Source: Escherichia coli
Lineage (GTDB): Bacteria; Pseudomonadota; Gammaproteobacteria; Enterobacterales; Enterobacteriaceae
Reading direction: 5' to 3' (one strand)
Length of the DNA: 64,000 nucleotides
NCBI RefSeq assembly: GCF_003334255.1
Contig: NZ_QOWU01000006.1
Part shown: positions 13,043-25,056 of the stretch, one piece after another
Layout: every line of letters starts with the position of its first letter
How positions within the stretch are numbered: position 1 is the first letter of the stretch
Notes under the pieces: generated by a model
The model's input: only the letters and a program-made list of their open reading frames with translations
Database searches by the model: none
Told to the model about the DNA's origin: nothing
Translations under genes and position numbers: made by a program

Positions 13043-13942
13043 TTACGCAGAGAAAAAGGCGATGAGGATCGGCACTAACAGGCTAAGAATAAAACCGTGA
13101 ACAATTGCCGCCGGGACCATATCCAGCCCGCCAGTACGTTGAAGAACGGGCAGGGTGAAATCCATTGATGTGGCACCGCATAAGCCCAGTGCAGTAGAGC
13201 GGCTGCGGCGAATCAGCCCAGGGATCAACATAATAGCAATCAGTTCACGGGCCAGATCATTAAAAAACGCCGCGCTCCCGATTACCGGACCAAAAGATTC
13301 GGTCAATAAAATACCGGAAAGAGAATACCAGCCGAAACCGGAGGCCATTGCCAGCGCGGTATTGATGGGGAGATCAAGAATAAAGGCGTTAATTAAACCA
13401 CCAATTAATGAACTGACAACCACCACCACGGCGACAATCATTCCCCGGCGATTAAGGACAATCTGCTTTAAGGTCATGCCATTATTGCGCAACTGAATAC
13501 CAACGAGGAAAAGTAGCAAAATTAACGTGTATTCACTGGCTTCGGTCGCGTGTTGTAAGAAAGCCAGTCCACTTAGACCAATGGCAAAACCAATCACTAC
13601 TACGCCGCACAGTTTTAGCGACTCCAGCGCCATCGCAATACGCGACGGGAGTTTTTCTTGCTGATGGTGGTTGCGCCACGGCAGGCCTCGCTCCAGCCAC
13701 ATCAGGGCGGCAATATTACACAGTAAAATAACGGTAATACTGACGGCAGAATAATGCAGAATCGCCAACAGGTTACTGGCGAGGTTATCGAGAAACGCCA
13801 GACTGATACCCATAAAAAAGAGAATAAGGTAAACCATCCAGCTTAATAGCTGATTAATAACTTTTAACGCAGCTTGTTGGCGAAGCGGAATGAGGTAACC
13901 CACAATCAGGGGAACCAGAATGATTAACAGCCCAGAAAACAT
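13043..13942 (-). CDS. ybjE: Putative lysine exporter YbjE/LysO
   Basis: Polytopic membrane protein; start set at internal ATG (MFSGLLIILVPL). Confidence 0.85.
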   Translation of the reverse strand: MFSGLLIILVPLIVGYLIPLRQQAALKVINQLLSWMVYLILFFMGISLAFLDNLASNLLAILHYSAVSITVILLCNIAALMWLERGLPWRNHHQQEKLPSRIAMALESLKLCGVVVIGFAIGLSGLAFLQHATEASEYTLILLLFLVGIQLRNNGMTLKQIVLNRRGMIVAVVVVVSSLIGGLINAFILDLPINTALAMASGFGWYSLSGILLTESFGPVIGSAAFFNDLARELIAIMLIPGLIRRSRSTALGLCGATSMDFTLPVLQRTGGLDMVPAAIVHGFILSLLVPILIAFFSA

Positions 13943-14109
13943 GAAAACCCAGTCCTTGCAAAGATGAAGTCGAAATGCGCGATGACACACTACTGAAAGC
14001 GGAAGGACGAGTAAAGTTGCAATTAAAAGGAAATGTTATGCATAAGGAGCAGTAGAGTATTCGTTTTCATTTAAAGATATTCTTGCGCTTTAATTACAAA
14101 CTGCACCGA

Positions 14110-14320
14110 TGTTGGTGGCGTCAAAATCGCCGAGGCGTTCCCTGAAGGCCGGGGCAGCCCACATGGATGTGGGCTGAGGGCGCGTTTTACAGGGATGTTA
14201 CCTCGCGCCCGACCCGGTAGCCGTAAGGGATAAGCCGAGGGCACCGCGCAGCGGCGATTTTGTTCGCCAGAGCCCGGGGGTGCAGGGGGCGGCGGCGATT
14301 GGCCGCCCCCTGCGCGCTCC
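14110..14320. other. GC-rich structured intergenic element with nested inverted repeats
   Basis: Perfect 12-bp inverted repeat gcagggggcggc/gccgccccctgc (14282-14313); hairpin gcccacat-ggat-atgtgggc; long-range complement ggcgtcaaaatcgccg / cggcgattttg. Confidence 0.4.
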
Positions 14321-14436
14321 TTGCGCCAGTGGCAATATGTTGCTTAGCTCATGAAAGGAGCGCAACAAGATGATGAATCAACATATAACAACATCTTAAA
14401 AAAAGGCCTGACATTACGCCAGGCCTTCTGCGTTAA

Positions 14437-15132
14437 TTAATCACGCTTTTCCAGCAGGGTCCGGTAAATCAGACCACCGATAATGCCGCCGACAATTGGC
14501 ACCACCCAGAAGAACCACAGTTGTTCTAATGCCCAGCCGCCCTGGAAGATAGCAACCGCGGTGCTGCGCGCCGGGTTAACAGAAGTGTTAGTCACCGGAA
14601 TACTAATTAAGTGAATCAGGGTTAAGGCCAGACCAATAGCGATCGGCGCAAAACCTGCCGGCGCGAATTTGTCGGTTGCGCCGTGGATCACCAACAGGAA
14701 ACCTGCACTCAATACCAGTTCAACTACCAGCGCGGAAAGCATGGAATAACCGCCTGGTGAATGCTCGCCATAACCGTTAGAAGCAAAACCGCTGGCTGCC
14801 GCGTCAAAACCCGTTTTACCACTGGCAATTAAATACAGCAGCGCCGCTGCAACAATACCGCCGACAACCTGGGCAATTACGTAGCCAACGACTTCTTTTG
14901 CCGGAAAACGTCCGCCAGCCCATAAACCAATAGTGACCGCCGGGTTAAAATGACCACCAGAAATATGACCAACAGCAAAGGCCATCGTCAGAACGGTCAG
15001 ACCGAACGCCAACGCCACGCCGGCAAAACCAATGCCTAATTCCGGGAAGCCTGCGGCCAGTACAGCACTACCACAGCCACCAAAAACAAGCCAGAAAGTA
15101 CCAAAACATTCAGCTGCTAATTTTCTGAACAT
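14437..15132 (-). CDS. aqpZ: Aquaporin Z
   Basis: Two NPA motifs ([14 protein letters not shown]); 231 aa from [11 protein letters not shown]. Confidence 0.95.
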   Translation of the reverse strand: MFRKLAAECFGTFWLVFGGCGSAVLAAGFPELGIGFAGVALAFGLTVLTMAFAVGHISGGHFNPAVTIGLWAGGRFPAKEVVGYVIAQVVGGIVAAALLYLIASGKTGFDAAASGFASNGYGEHSPGGYSMLSALVVELVLSAGFLLVIHGATDKFAPAGFAPIAIGLALTLIHLISIPVTNTSVNPARSTAVAIFQGGWALEQLWFFWVVPIVGGIIGGLIYRTLLEKRD

Positions 15133-15557
15133 ATCCACCTCAATTAAAAATTGACCCTGTGAAAAATATGGTCGTTTTATAGGGTCGTCGTAAAAAAGTG
15201 ACGACGGAAATAATGCGCGGCTATTTTAAAAACGAAGGCGAGTCATTCACCAGATAAATAAATCCAGTAAATTTGATTTAGGGCAACAGCGGGTTGCCCC
15301 ATATAGTCATTTGTCTGATTGACAGTGTAGTGCACGCAAAAGATTTAATCCTTTAGGCGTAATAAAAAATAATTTATCATGCTAATTATTTGATTTTGTT
15401 GTTTTTGCAGACTTATCAGCAAGAGGGAGTATAACGCGATTATTCGCTCATTTTTCAGACATTTGCCATGCTTAAATGTGATGTCATCACGTATTAGCAA
15501 GGCCTTTCCCGTTATACTGCCAGCGTAAAGGATAAGTCACATATTTCTGGAGGGGAT

Positions 15558-17216
15558 ATGATTCTTGAGCGCGTTGAAATTGTGGGTTTTCGCGGTATCA
15601 ACCGTTTGTCGTTGATGCTGGAACAAAACAACGTCCTGATTGGGGAGAACGCGTGGGGTAAATCCAGCTTGCTGGACGCCTTAACTCTGCTGCTATCGCC
15701 AGAATCAGATCTCTACCATTTTGAGCGCGACGATTTCTGGTTCCCGCCGGGAGATATCAACGGGCGAGAACATCATCTGCATATTATTTTGACCTTCCGC
15801 GAATCGCTGCCAGGCCGACATCGGGTTCGCCGTTATCGGCCGCTGGAAGCGTGCTGGACGCCATGCACCGATGGCTATCACCGTATTTTTTATCGTCTGG
15901 AAGGGGAGAGTGCGGAAGACGGCAGCGTGATGACACTGCGCAGTTTTCTCGATAAAGACGGACATCCGATTGATGTCGAGGATATTAACGATCAGGCACG
16001 CCATCTGGTGCGTTTAATGCCGGCGCTGCGCTTGCGTGATGCCCGTTTTATGCGCCGTATTCGTAACGGCACGGTGCCAAATGTCCCTAATGTGGAAGTC
16101 ACCGCGCGCCAGCTCGATTTCCTCGCCCGTGAGTTATCCTCACATCCGCAAAATCTCTCTGATGGGCAGATTCGTCAGGGACTTTCCGCAATGGTACAGC
16201 TGCTTGAGCATTATTTCTCTGAGCAGGGGGCCGGACAGGCGCGATATCGTTTAATGCGGCGGCGAGCCAGCAATGAGCAACGAAGCTGGCGCTATCTGGA
16301 TATCATCAACCGGATGATTGACCGACCTGGTGGGCGCTCGTATCGGGTTATTTTGCTCGGCCTATTTGCTACTTTGTTGCAGGCAAAAGGCACATTGCGA
16401 CTGGATAAAGACGCCCGTCCATTGTTGCTGATCGAAGATCCAGAAACCCGTTTACACCCCATTATGCTTTCAGTTGCCTGGCATCTGTTGAATCTTCTGC
16501 CATTGCAGCGCATTGCCACCACCAACTCGGGTGAGTTGCTTTCGTTAACGCCGGTAGAGCATGTTTGCCGACTGGTACGTGAGTCCTCGCGCGTTGCCGC
16601 CTGGCGTCTGGGGCCGAGTGGCTTGAGTACCGAAGATAGCCGACGCATATCCTTTCACATTCGTTTTAACCGTCCGTCATCGCTGTTTGCACGCTGCTGG
16701 TTGCTGGTGGAAGGGGAAACGGAAACCTGGGTTATCAATGAACTGGCGCGTCAGTGCGGACATCATTTTGATGCCGAAGGGATCAAGGTCATTGAGTTTG
16801 CCCAGTCCGGGCTAAAGCCACTGGTTAAATTTGCCCGCCGAATGGGGATTGAATGGCATGTACTGGTCGATGGCGATGAAGCAGGGAAGAAATATGCCGC
16901 TACGGTACGCAGCCTGTTGAATAACGATCGGGAAGCCGAACGAGAACATTTAACGGCGTTACCGGCGCTGGATATGGAACATTTTATGTATCGCCAGGGA
17001 TTTTCCGATGTGTTCCACCGCATGGCGCAAATCCCGGAAAATGTACCGATGAATCTACGCAAAATTATCTCGAAAGCGATCCATCGCTCTTCCAAACCCG
17101 ATCTTGCCATTGAAGTGGCAATGGAGGCAGGACGTCGTGGTGTGGACTCCGTACCGACGCTGCTGAAAAAAATGTTCTCACGCGTGCTGTGGCTGGCGCG
17201 CGGTCGCGCGGATTAA
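15558..17216 (+). CDS. ybjD: OLD-family-like ATPase/nuclease YbjD
   Basis: 552 aa, N-terminal P-loop GENAWGKSSLLDA; conserved chromosomal position. Confidence 0.8.
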   Translation: MILERVEIVGFRGINRLSLMLEQNNVLIGENAWGKSSLLDALTLLLSPESDLYHFERDDFWFPPGDINGREHHLHIILTFRESLPGRHRVRRYRPLEACWTPCTDGYHRIFYRLEGESAEDGSVMTLRSFLDKDGHPIDVEDINDQARHLVRLMPALRLRDARFMRRIRNGTVPNVPNVEVTARQLDFLARELSSHPQNLSDGQIRQGLSAMVQLLEHYFSEQGAGQARYRLMRRRASNEQRSWRYLDIINRMIDRPGGRSYRVILLGLFATLLQAKGTLRLDKDARPLLLIEDPETRLHPIMLSVAWHLLNLLPLQRIATTNSGELLSLTPVEHVCRLVRESSRVAAWRLGPSGLSTEDSRRISFHIRFNRPSSLFARCWLLVEGETETWVINELARQCGHHFDAEGIKVIEFAQSGLKPLVKFARRMGIEWHVLVDGDEAGKKYAATVRSLLNNDREAEREHLTALPALDMEHFMYRQGFSDVFHRMAQIPENVPMNLRKIISKAIHRSSKPDLAIEVAMEAGRRGVDSVPTLLKKMFSRVLWLARGRAD

Positions 17217-18205
17217 CCGCGAAACATCGTGGCCATTTGTGGCTGAATAGCGTCGAGCATCTCATAGCGCCGACGGTATTCAGCCCGTTTTTTACTGGCG
17301 ATTTCGGCAATCTCTTTTCGTGCTATCTGTGCTGGAAGGCGGTAATGGCGTTCAGCATCACATACGCCGCCAACCGATTCCCAGAAAGCGTTGTAATCAG
17401 CGTGGATCTTGCCTTCTTTATCGCGATAACGCAGGCTGCGGTAAATATGCGTTTCATTGCTGACGGCAATAATCTGCTCTACCTGCAAACGTTGGGCAAA
17501 CAGACAGGCCGCTTCCATCACGAGGCGTTTGGGAAATAGCCCGTGGCAGGCTTTCGTCGCATTCTGGATTTCCTGATGTGGAATTTCCCATTTTGCGCCT
17601 TGCAGTCCGCCAATAAACATCGTTCTTTTCCCCTGATATTCACACAGGGTAAACGTGATCTCTGCCAGAGGAATACCTTCGCTGTTGCGGAACAGGATTG
17701 TGCTGTCACCTTCTTTATCCATTGAGATCATCATGGTCAGCTCAAGCGTGAACTGCTCGCCGTTTTTGCCTTCCAGCTTCGCCAGTTGCAGCCCGGGGGT
17801 ATTCAAATATAAGCTGAATTCTTCCGCCGACATACATTCGCGGAGTAACGCATAATGGTAACGTAACGCCTCCAGCAATTGCTTACGGCTAAGATTCGCC
17901 GCAAGGTAAGGGCGATGCAGACGCACAGGCAGTCGCGGCTGGCGCGTTAACAATACATTGAGATTAGGCCAGTGGGAAAGTTCGTTCATCCACTCAACGC
18001 TTAAACGCGGCATAATCAACGAGCGCAGCAAAAATTTCTGGCGAAAACTACGGCGATGCCAGAATTTACCCGGCCGACACTGTCCACGTGCCAGACTAAG
18101 AAAAAGTGACAGGCTGCTGAGAGATTCAGATGGCGTAAAGGTCCGTTCAGTTAGCTGCGACATATTCATGAAATCAATGGTTATACATGGCGTCGATTTC
18201 ACCAT
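17213..18205 (-). CDS. ybjX: DUF535/VirK-like protein YbjX
   Basis: 330-aa ORF in conserved position between ybjD and macA. Confidence 0.75.
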   Translation of the reverse strand: MVKSTPCITIDFMNMSQLTERTFTPSESLSSLSLFLSLARGQCRPGKFWHRRSFRQKFLLRSLIMPRLSVEWMNELSHWPNLNVLLTRQPRLPVRLHRPYLAANLSRKQLLEALRYHYALLRECMSAEEFSLYLNTPGLQLAKLEGKNGEQFTLELTMMISMDKEGDSTILFRNSEGIPLAEITFTLCEYQGKRTMFIGGLQGAKWEIPHQEIQNATKACHGLFPKRLVMEAACLFAQRLQVEQIIAVSNETHIYRSLRYRDKEGKIHADYNAFWESVGGVCDAERHYRLPAQIARKEIAEIASKKRAEYRRRYEMLDAIQPQMATMFRG

Positions 18206-18319
18206 TGCGTATCTTAACCAAACATCAATAGTGTGATTACTAACGTAAATTTTAGGGTTTTGTTGATATTTCGTTGAAGTTAATGACCCGGATTGGCATA
18301 TGGAGTATTCAGAAAATTT

Positions 18320-19435
18320 ATGAAAAAGCGGAAAACCGTGAAGAAGCGTTACGTTATTGCGCTGGTGATAGTCATCGCCGGACTGATTACGTTATGGAGA
18401 ATTCTTAACGCACCCGTGCCGACTTATCAGACGCTGATTGTGCGCCCCGGTGATTTACAGCAAAGCGTGCTGGCGACCGGAAAGCTGGACGCGCTGCGTA
18501 AGGTTGATGTGGGCGCGCAGGTCAGCGGTCAGTTGAAAACTCTGTCGGTGGCGATTGGCGATAAAGTAAAAAAAGACCAGCTTTTAGGGGTTATTGATCC
18601 TGAACAGGCTGAAAACCAGATTAAGGAGGTCGAAGCAACGCTGATGGAGCTACGTGCGCAGCGGCAGCAGGCGGAAGCGGAGCTGAAACTGGCGCGGGTG
18701 ACGTATTCCCGTCAGCAACGTCTGGCACAAACGAAGGCTGTTTCACAGCAGGATCTCGACACCGCCGCGACGGAGATGGCTGTGAAACAGGCGCAAATTG
18801 GCACCATTGACGCGCAAATCAAGCGCAATCAGGCTTCTCTCGATACGGCTAAAACCAATCTCGATTACACTCGCATCGTTGCCCCGATGGCCGGGGAAGT
18901 CACGCAAATCACCACTCTGCAAGGCCAGACGGTGATTGCCGCACAACAAGCACCGAACATTCTGACGCTGGCAGATATGAGCACCATGCTGGTAAAAGCG
19001 CAGGTTTCTGAAGCGGATGTAATCCACCTGAAGCCGGGGCAAAAAGCCTGGTTTACGGTGCTTGGCGATCCACTGACGCGCTACGAGGGGCAAATCAAGG
19101 ATGTACTACCGACGCCGGAAAAGGTTAACGACGCTATTTTCTATTACGCCCGTTTTGAAGTCCCCAACCCCAATGGTTTGCTGCGGCTGGATATGACTGC
19201 GCAAGTGCATATTCAGCTCACCGATGTGAAAAATGTGCTGACGATCCCTCTGTCGGCGTTAGGCGATCCGGTTGGCGATAATCGTTATAAAGTCAAATTG
19301 TTGCGTAATGGTGAAACACGCGAGCGTGAAGTGACGATTGGCGCACGTAACGATACCGATGTTGAGATTGTCAAAGGGCTTGAAGCGGGCGATGAAGTGG
19401 TGATTGGTGAGGCCAAACCAGGAGCTGCACAATGA
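18320..19435 (+). CDS. macA: Macrolide efflux membrane fusion protein MacA
   Basis: Periplasmic adaptor family, coiled-coil region; start set at MKKRKTVKK. Confidence 0.9.
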   Translation: MKKRKTVKKRYVIALVIVIAGLITLWRILNAPVPTYQTLIVRPGDLQQSVLATGKLDALRKVDVGAQVSGQLKTLSVAIGDKVKKDQLLGVIDPEQAENQIKEVEATLMELRAQRQQAEAELKLARVTYSRQQRLAQTKAVSQQDLDTAATEMAVKQAQIGTIDAQIKRNQASLDTAKTNLDYTRIVAPMAGEVTQITTLQGQTVIAAQQAPNILTLADMSTMLVKAQVSEADVIHLKPGQKAWFTVLGDPLTRYEGQIKDVLPTPEKVNDAIFYYARFEVPNPNGLLRLDMTAQVHIQLTDVKNVLTIPLSALGDPVGDNRYKVKLLRNGETREREVTIGARNDTDVEIVKGLEAGDEVVIGEAKPGAAQ

Positions 19436-21378
19436 CGCCTTTGCTCGAATTAAAGGATATTCGTCGCAGCTATCCTGCCGGTGATGAGCAGGTTGAGGTG
19501 CTGAAGGGCATCAGCCTCGATATTTATGCGGGTGAGATGGTCGCGATTGTTGGCGCTTCGGGTTCCGGTAAATCGACCCTGATGAATATTCTCGGCTGTC
19601 TGGATAAGGCCACCAGCGGCACCTATCGCGTCGCCGGTCAGGATGTTGCCACGCTGGACGCCGATGCGCTGGCGCAACTGCGCCGCGAGCATTTCGGCTT
19701 TATTTTCCAGCGTTACCATTTGCTTTCGCATTTAACCGCCGAGCAGAACGTTGAAGTACCCGCCGTCTATGCTGGTCTTGAGCGGAAACAGCGACTGCTT
19801 CGTGCCCAGGAGTTGCTGCAACGGCTGGGGCTGGAAGACCGTACAGAGTATTATCCGGCACAGCTTTCGGGTGGTCAGCAACAGCGCGTCAGCATCGCGC
19901 GGGCATTGATGAACGGTGGTCAGGTAATTCTTGCCGATGAACCAACCGGCGCACTGGACAGCCATTCTGGCGAAGAGGTGATGGCGATCCTGCATCAGCT
20001 GCGCGATCGTGGGCATACGGTGATTATCGTCACCCACGATCCGCAGGTCGCTGCTCAGGCCGAGCGGGTGATCGAAATTCGCGACGGCGAAATTGTGCGC
20101 AATCCTCCCGCCATTGAAAAAGTGAATGTTACTGGCGGGACGGAACCTGTTGTCAACACGGTGTCTGGCTGGCGGCAGTTTGTCAGCGGTTTTAACGAGG
20201 CGCTGACGATGGCATGGCGGGCGCTGGCAGCGAATAAAATGCGTACTTTACTGACCATGCTGGGGATTATTATCGGTATTGCGTCGGTGGTTTCCATTGT
20301 CGTGGTGGGTGACGCCGCCAAACAAATGGTGCTGGCGGATATTCGTTCTATTGGTACGAATACTATTGATGTCTATCCCGGGAAAGATTTTGGCGATGAC
20401 GATCCGCAATATCAGCAGGCGCTGAAGTACGACGACTTAATCGCCATCCAAAAACAACCGTGGGTCGCCTCAGCCACACCTGCCGTCTCGCAAAACCTGC
20501 GCCTGCGTTATAACAATGTTGATGTTGCTGCCAGTGCCAATGGCGTGAGCGGCGATTATTTTAATGTCTATGGCATGACCTTCAGTGAAGGAAACACCTT
20601 TAATCAGGAGCAGCTGAACGGTCGTGCGCAGGTCGTGGTTCTCGACAGTAATACTCGCCGCCAGCTTTTCCCCCATAAAGCAGATGTGGTTGGCGAGGTG
20701 ATTCTGGTCGGCAATATGCCCGCCAGAGTCATTGGTGTGGCGGAAGAAAAACAGTCGATGTTTGGTAGCAGTAAAGTGCTGCGTGTCTGGCTACCTTACA
20801 GCACGATGTCCGGGCGAGTTATGGGCCAGTCGTGGCTTAACTCCATTACTGTCAGGGTGAAAGAAGGATTTGACAGCGCCGAGGCGGAACAGCAACTCAC
20901 GCGTTTACTTTCACTGCGCCACGGAAAGAAGGATTTCTTTACCTGGAACATGGACGGCGTCTTGAAAACTGTTGAAAAGACCACACGTACTTTACAACTG
21001 TTTCTGACGCTGGTGGCGGTGATTTCGCTGGTGGTGGGCGGTATTGGTGTAATGAATATTATGCTGGTGTCAGTGACCGAGCGGACGCGGGAAATTGGCA
21101 TTCGCATGGCTGTAGGTGCGCGAGCAAGCGATGTTTTGCAACAGTTCCTGATCGAAGCCGTACTGGTTTGCCTGGTCGGTGGCGCGTTGGGAATAACACT
21201 GTCACTGTTAATTGCTTTCACCTTGCAGCTTTTCTTACCCGGCTGGGAGATTGGTTTTTCACCGTTGGCGCTGCTGCTGGCGTTTCTCTGCTCGACGGTC
21301 ACCGGGATTTTATTTGGCTGGTTACCCGCACGAAATGCGGCACGACTGGATCCAGTAGATGCTCTGGCACGAGAGTAA
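19432..21378 (+). CDS. macB: Macrolide export ABC transporter MacB (ATPase-permease fusion)
   Basis: Walker [19 protein letters not shown]-terminal FtsX-like permease. Confidence 0.9.
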   Translation: MTPLLELKDIRRSYPAGDEQVEVLKGISLDIYAGEMVAIVGASGSGKSTLMNILGCLDKATSGTYRVAGQDVATLDADALAQLRREHFGFIFQRYHLLSHLTAEQNVEVPAVYAGLERKQRLLRAQELLQRLGLEDRTEYYPAQLSGGQQQRVSIARALMNGGQVILADEPTGALDSHSGEEVMAILHQLRDRGHTVIIVTHDPQVAAQAERVIEIRDGEIVRNPPAIEKVNVTGGTEPVVNTVSGWRQFVSGFNEALTMAWRALAANKMRTLLTMLGIIIGIASVVSIVVVGDAAKQMVLADIRSIGTNTIDVYPGKDFGDDDPQYQQALKYDDLIAIQKQPWVASATPAVSQNLRLRYNNVDVAASANGVSGDYFNVYGMTFSEGNTFNQEQLNGRAQVVVLDSNTRRQLFPHKADVVGEVILVGNMPARVIGVAEEKQSMFGSSKVLRVWLPYSTMSGRVMGQSWLNSITVRVKEGFDSAEAEQQLTRLLSLRHGKKDFFTWNMDGVLKTVEKTTRTLQLFLTLVAVISLVVGGIGVMNIMLVSVTERTREIGIRMAVGARASDVLQQFLIEAVLVCLVGGALGITLSLLIAFTLQLFLPGWEIGFSPLALLLAFLCSTVTGILFGWLPARNAARLDPVDALARE

Positions 21379-21394
21379 TTTTTGAGATAAAAAT

Positions 21395-21413
21395 GCCAGC
21401 CGATCGGGCTGGC
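21395..21413. terminator. Bidirectional hairpin terminator between convergent macB and cspD
   Basis: Stem gccagcc/ggctggc flanked by T-runs on both strands. Confidence 0.6.
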
Positions 21414-21450
21414 ATTTTGCCTTTAGGATGTACACAATGAGACAGAAGAG

Positions 21451-21675
21451 CTATGCGACTGCCGCTTCTACTTCGACGGGCACAATAACACTGGCGTGAT
21501 TGCCTTTTGGCCCCTGGTGGACATCAAACTGAACGGATTGTCCAGCTTTTAGCGTTCTGTAACCATCCATCTGAATGGTGGAATAATGAGCGAAAATATC
21601 TTCGCCGCCGCCTTCAGGGCAGATGAAACCAAACCCTTTGGCATTGTTGAACCACTTAACAGTACCCTTTTCCAT
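21451..21675 (-). CDS. cspD: Cold-shock-domain protein CspD
   Basis: 74 aa MEKGTVKWFNNAKGFGFI; RNP motifs. Confidence 0.9.
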   Translation of the reverse strand: MEKGTVKWFNNAKGFGFICPEGGGEDIFAHYSTIQMDGYRTLKAGQSVQFDVHQGPKGNHASVIVPVEVEAAVA

Positions 21676-21997
21676 GCTTCGACATCCTTCGCAAATCTTA
21701 TACAAGTAAGATGGAATAAACCGGGGTCAGAGAGGGGGCTGTTCAAAACCTCGCCAACTCTAGAAATACAATTTAGAGAATTAGGGCGAGCCGTCAAGCA
21801 TTTGACAGGGGACAAGGGGCAGGTATGAATCAAAAATTTGAAGCAGTTAACGCTATTGACAGGAATGTGACAGATGTCGCTGATGCCAACGATAGATGAT
21901 AGTTATCTATCATGTGGAGTAGATTGGTCAGGCAAATAAGCTCTTGTCAGCGGCAGGGCGTTCTGCCGATAACCGTAACCGAAGATGATAACTGACA

Positions 21998-22318
21998 ATG
22001 GGTAAAACGAACGACTGGCTGGACTTTGATCAACTGGCGGAAGAAAAAGTTCGCGACGCGCTAAAACCGCCATCTATGTATAAAGTGATATTAGTCAATG
22101 ATGATTACACTCCGATGGAGTTTGTTATTGACGTGTTACAAAAATTCTTTTCTTATGATGTAGAACGTGCAACGCAATTGATGCTCGCTGTTCACTACCA
22201 GGGGAAGGCCATTTGCGGAGTCTTTACCGCCGAGGTTGCAGAAACCAAAGTGGCGATGGTGAACAAGTACGCGAGGGAGAATGAGCATCCATTGCTGTGT
22301 ACGCTAGAAAAAGCCTGA
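21998..22318 (+). CDS. clpS: ClpAP adaptor ClpS
   Basis: 106-aa ORF immediately upstream of clpA. Confidence 0.9.
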
Positions 22319-22348
22319 ATGCAGGCATAAAAATTGGGGGAGGTGCCT

Positions 22349-24625
22349 ATGCTCAATCAAGAACTGGAACTCAGTTTAAATATGGCTTTCGCCAGAGCGC
22401 GCGAGCACCGTCATGAGTTTATGACCGTCGAGCACTTGTTACTGGCGCTGCTCAGTAACCCATCTGCCCGGGAGGCGCTGGAAGCGTGTTCTGTGGATTT
22501 GGTTGCGCTCCGTCAGGAACTGGAAGCCTTTATTGAACAAACCACACCCGTTCTGCCTGCCAGTGAAGAGGAGCGCGACACACAGCCGACGCTGAGTTTT
22601 CAGCGTGTACTGCAACGTGCGGTCTTCCATGTCCAGTCCTCCGGTCGCAATGAGGTTACCGGTGCAAACGTTCTGGTCGCTATCTTTAGCGAACAGGAGT
22701 CGCAGGCGGCATATCTGTTGCGTAAACATGAAGTCAGCCGTCTCGATGTGGTGAACTTTATCTCTCATGGCACGCGTAAAGACGAGCCGACACAGTCTTC
22801 TGATCCTGGCAGCCAGCCAAACAGCGAAGAACAAGCTGGTGGGGAGGAACGTATGGAGAATTTCACGACGAACCTGAATCAGCTTGCGCGCGTGGGCGGA
22901 ATCGACCCACTGATTGGTCGTGAGAAGGAGCTGGAGCGTGCTATTCAGGTTCTCTGCCGTCGCCGTAAAAACAACCCGCTGCTGGTGGGGGAATCTGGTG
23001 TCGGTAAAACCGCGATTGCGGAAGGTCTTGCCTGGCGAATTGTTCAGGGCGATGTGCCGGAAGTGATGGCTGACTGTACGATTTACTCTCTCGATATCGG
23101 TTCTCTGTTAGCGGGCACAAAATATCGCGGCGACTTTGAAAAACGTTTTAAAGCGTTGCTCAAGCAGCTGGAGCAGGACACTAACAGCATCCTGTTTATT
23201 GATGAGATCCACACCATTATCGGTGCGGGTGCAGCGTCTGGTGGTCAGGTCGATGCGGCTAACCTAATCAAACCGTTGCTCTCCAGCGGTAAAATTCGTG
23301 TAATTGGTTCGACAACCTATCAGGAGTTCAGCAACATTTTCGAGAAAGACCGTGCTCTGGCGCGTCGCTTCCAGAAAATTGATATTACTGAACCGTCGAT
23401 CGAAGAAACTGTTCAAATCATCAATGGCCTGAAACCGAAGTATGAAGCGCACCACGACGTGCGTTATACCGCAAAAGCGGTGCGTGCGGCGGTAGAGCTG
23501 GCGGTGAAATACATTAACGATCGTCATCTGCCGGATAAAGCCATTGATGTTATCGACGAAGCGGGCGCTCGCGCACGCCTGATGCCGGTAAGCAAACGCA
23601 AGAAAACCGTTAATGTGGCGGATATTGAGTCCGTGGTGGCCCGTATTGCACGCATTCCAGAGAAGAGTGTTTCTCAGAGTGATCGTGATACCCTGAAAAA
23701 CCTCGGCGATCGCTTGAAAATGCTGGTCTTCGGTCAGGATAAAGCCATTGAGGCGCTGACTGAAGCCATTAAGATGGCGCGTGCAGGTTTAGGTCACGAA
23801 CATAAACCGGTTGGTTCGTTCCTGTTTGCCGGCCCTACCGGGGTCGGGAAAACAGAGGTGACGGTACAGCTTTCGAAAGCTTTGGGCATTGAGCTTCTGC
23901 GCTTTGATATGTCCGAGTATATGGAACGCCATACCGTCAGCCGTCTTATTGGTGCGCCTCCGGGATACGTTGGTTTTGATCAGGGCGGTTTGCTGACTGA
24001 TGCGGTCATCAAGCATCCACATGCGGTGCTGCTGCTGGACGAAATCGAGAAAGCGCACCCGGACGTGTTCAATATTCTGTTGCAGGTGATGGATAACGGT
24101 ACGCTGACCGATAACAACGGACGCAAAGCAGACTTCCGTAACGTGGTGCTGGTGATGACCACCAACGCCGGGGTACGGGAAACTGAGCGCAAATCCATTG
24201 GTCTTATCCACCAGGATAACAGCACCGATGCGATGGAAGAGATCAAGAAGATCTTTACACCGGAATTCCGTAACCGTCTCGACAACATTATCTGGTTTGA
24301 TCATCTGTCAACCGACGTGATCCATCAGGTGGTGGATAAATTCATCGTCGAGTTGCAGGTTCAGCTGGATCAGAAAGGTGTTTCTCTGGAAGTGAGCCAG
24401 GAAGCGCGTAACTGGCTGGCCGAGAAAGGTTACGACCGGGCAATGGGCGCTCGTCCGATGGCGCGTGTCATCCAGGACAACCTGAAAAAACCGCTCGCCA
24501 ACGAACTGCTGTTTGGTTCGCTGGTGGACGGCGGTCAGGTCACCGTCGCGCTGGATAAAGAGAAAAATGAGCTGACTTACGGATTCCAGAGTGCACAAAA
24601 GCACAAGGCGGAAGCAGCGCATTAA
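22349..24625 (+). CDS. clpA: ATP-dependent Clp protease ATP-binding subunit ClpA
   Basis: Two AAA+ modules ([16 protein letters not shown]); start set at [10 protein letters not shown]. Confidence 0.95.
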   Translation: MLNQELELSLNMAFARAREHRHEFMTVEHLLLALLSNPSAREALEACSVDLVALRQELEAFIEQTTPVLPASEEERDTQPTLSFQRVLQRAVFHVQSSGRNEVTGANVLVAIFSEQESQAAYLLRKHEVSRLDVVNFISHGTRKDEPTQSSDPGSQPNSEEQAGGEERMENFTTNLNQLARVGGIDPLIGREKELERAIQVLCRRRKNNPLLVGESGVGKTAIAEGLAWRIVQGDVPEVMADCTIYSLDIGSLLAGTKYRGDFEKRFKALLKQLEQDTNSILFIDEIHTIIGAGAASGGQVDAANLIKPLLSSGKIRVIGSTTYQEFSNIFEKDRALARRFQKIDITEPSIEETVQIINGLKPKYEAHHDVRYTAKAVRAAVELAVKYINDRHLPDKAIDVIDEAGARARLMPVSKRKKTVNVADIESVVARIARIPEKSVSQSDRDTLKNLGDRLKMLVFGQDKAIEALTEAIKMARAGLGHEHKPVGSFLFAGPTGVGKTEVTVQLSKALGIELLRFDMSEYMERHTVSRLIGAPPGYVGFDQGGLLTDAVIKHPHAVLLLDEIEKAHPDVFNILLQVMDNGTLTDNNGRKADFRNVVLVMTTNAGVRETERKSIGLIHQDNSTDAMEEIKKIFTPEFRNRLDNIIWFDHLSTDVIHQVVDKFIVELQVQLDQKGVSLEVSQEARNWLAEKGYDRAMGARPMARVIQDNLKKPLANELLFGSLVDGGQVTVALDKEKNELTYGFQSAQKHKAEAAH

Positions 24626-24647
24626 TCTGATTGTTAGGTAGGTTGGT

Positions 24648-24688
24648 CAAGTCCGTAATCTCGAAAGAGGTTACGGACTTTTTGTTTA
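24648..24688 (+). terminator. Rho-independent terminator after clpA
   Basis: Hairpin caagtccgtaa...ttacggactt followed by tttttgttt. Confidence 0.6.
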
Positions 24689-24837
24689 TGGGGTGGAGGA
24701 GGTTCAGACCCTTTTTTTAATGATGATGGTAAGTTGTTGATAATTAGTGCTGCGGGAAGGTAAGGATAAAAAAGGGTGCTGCAGGAGAATGGGATGGTTT
24801 TGCTTTATTAACAACGGGCTAAACGTGTAGTATTTGA

Positions 24838-24925
24838 GTTCACTGCCGTACAGGCAGCTTAGAAATTCACAGGTAACATACTCCACCCGCCCACCATGTT
24901 CACTGCCGTACAGACAGATAAAATG
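24838..24925. CRISPR. Orphan type I-F CRISPR remnant (two repeats, one 32-bp spacer)
   Basis: Repeat 1 gttcactgccgtacaggcagcttagaaa (24838-24865) matches the I-F consensus; spacer 24866-24897; degenerate repeat 2 gttcactgccgtacagacagataaaatg (24898-24925); no cas genes in window. Confidence 0.75.
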
Positions 24926-24968
24926 CGAAAAAAAAGCTCGCACTTTCGTACGAGCTCTTCTTTAAATA

Positions 24969-25056
24969 TGGCGGTGAGGGGGGGATTCGAACCCCCGATA
25001 CGTTGCCGTATACACACTTTCCAGGCGTGCTCCTTCAGCCACTCGGACACCTCACC
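24969..25056 (-). tRNA. serW: tRNA-Ser (GGA anticodon)
   Basis: Reverse complement reads GGTGAGGTGTCCGAGTGG...GGTTCGAATCCCCCCCTCACCGCCA, 88 nt with long variable arm. Confidence 0.9.

Noticed and set aside
16292-17110. Antisense ORFs of 115-118 aa inside ybjD
   Set aside because: Fully embedded antisense to a conserved gene; no supporting signals.
21706-21997. Small ORFs (80-94 aa) in the cspD-clpS intergenic region
   Set aside because: They overlap each other and the clpS promoter/leader region; no recognisable product or ribosome-binding site.
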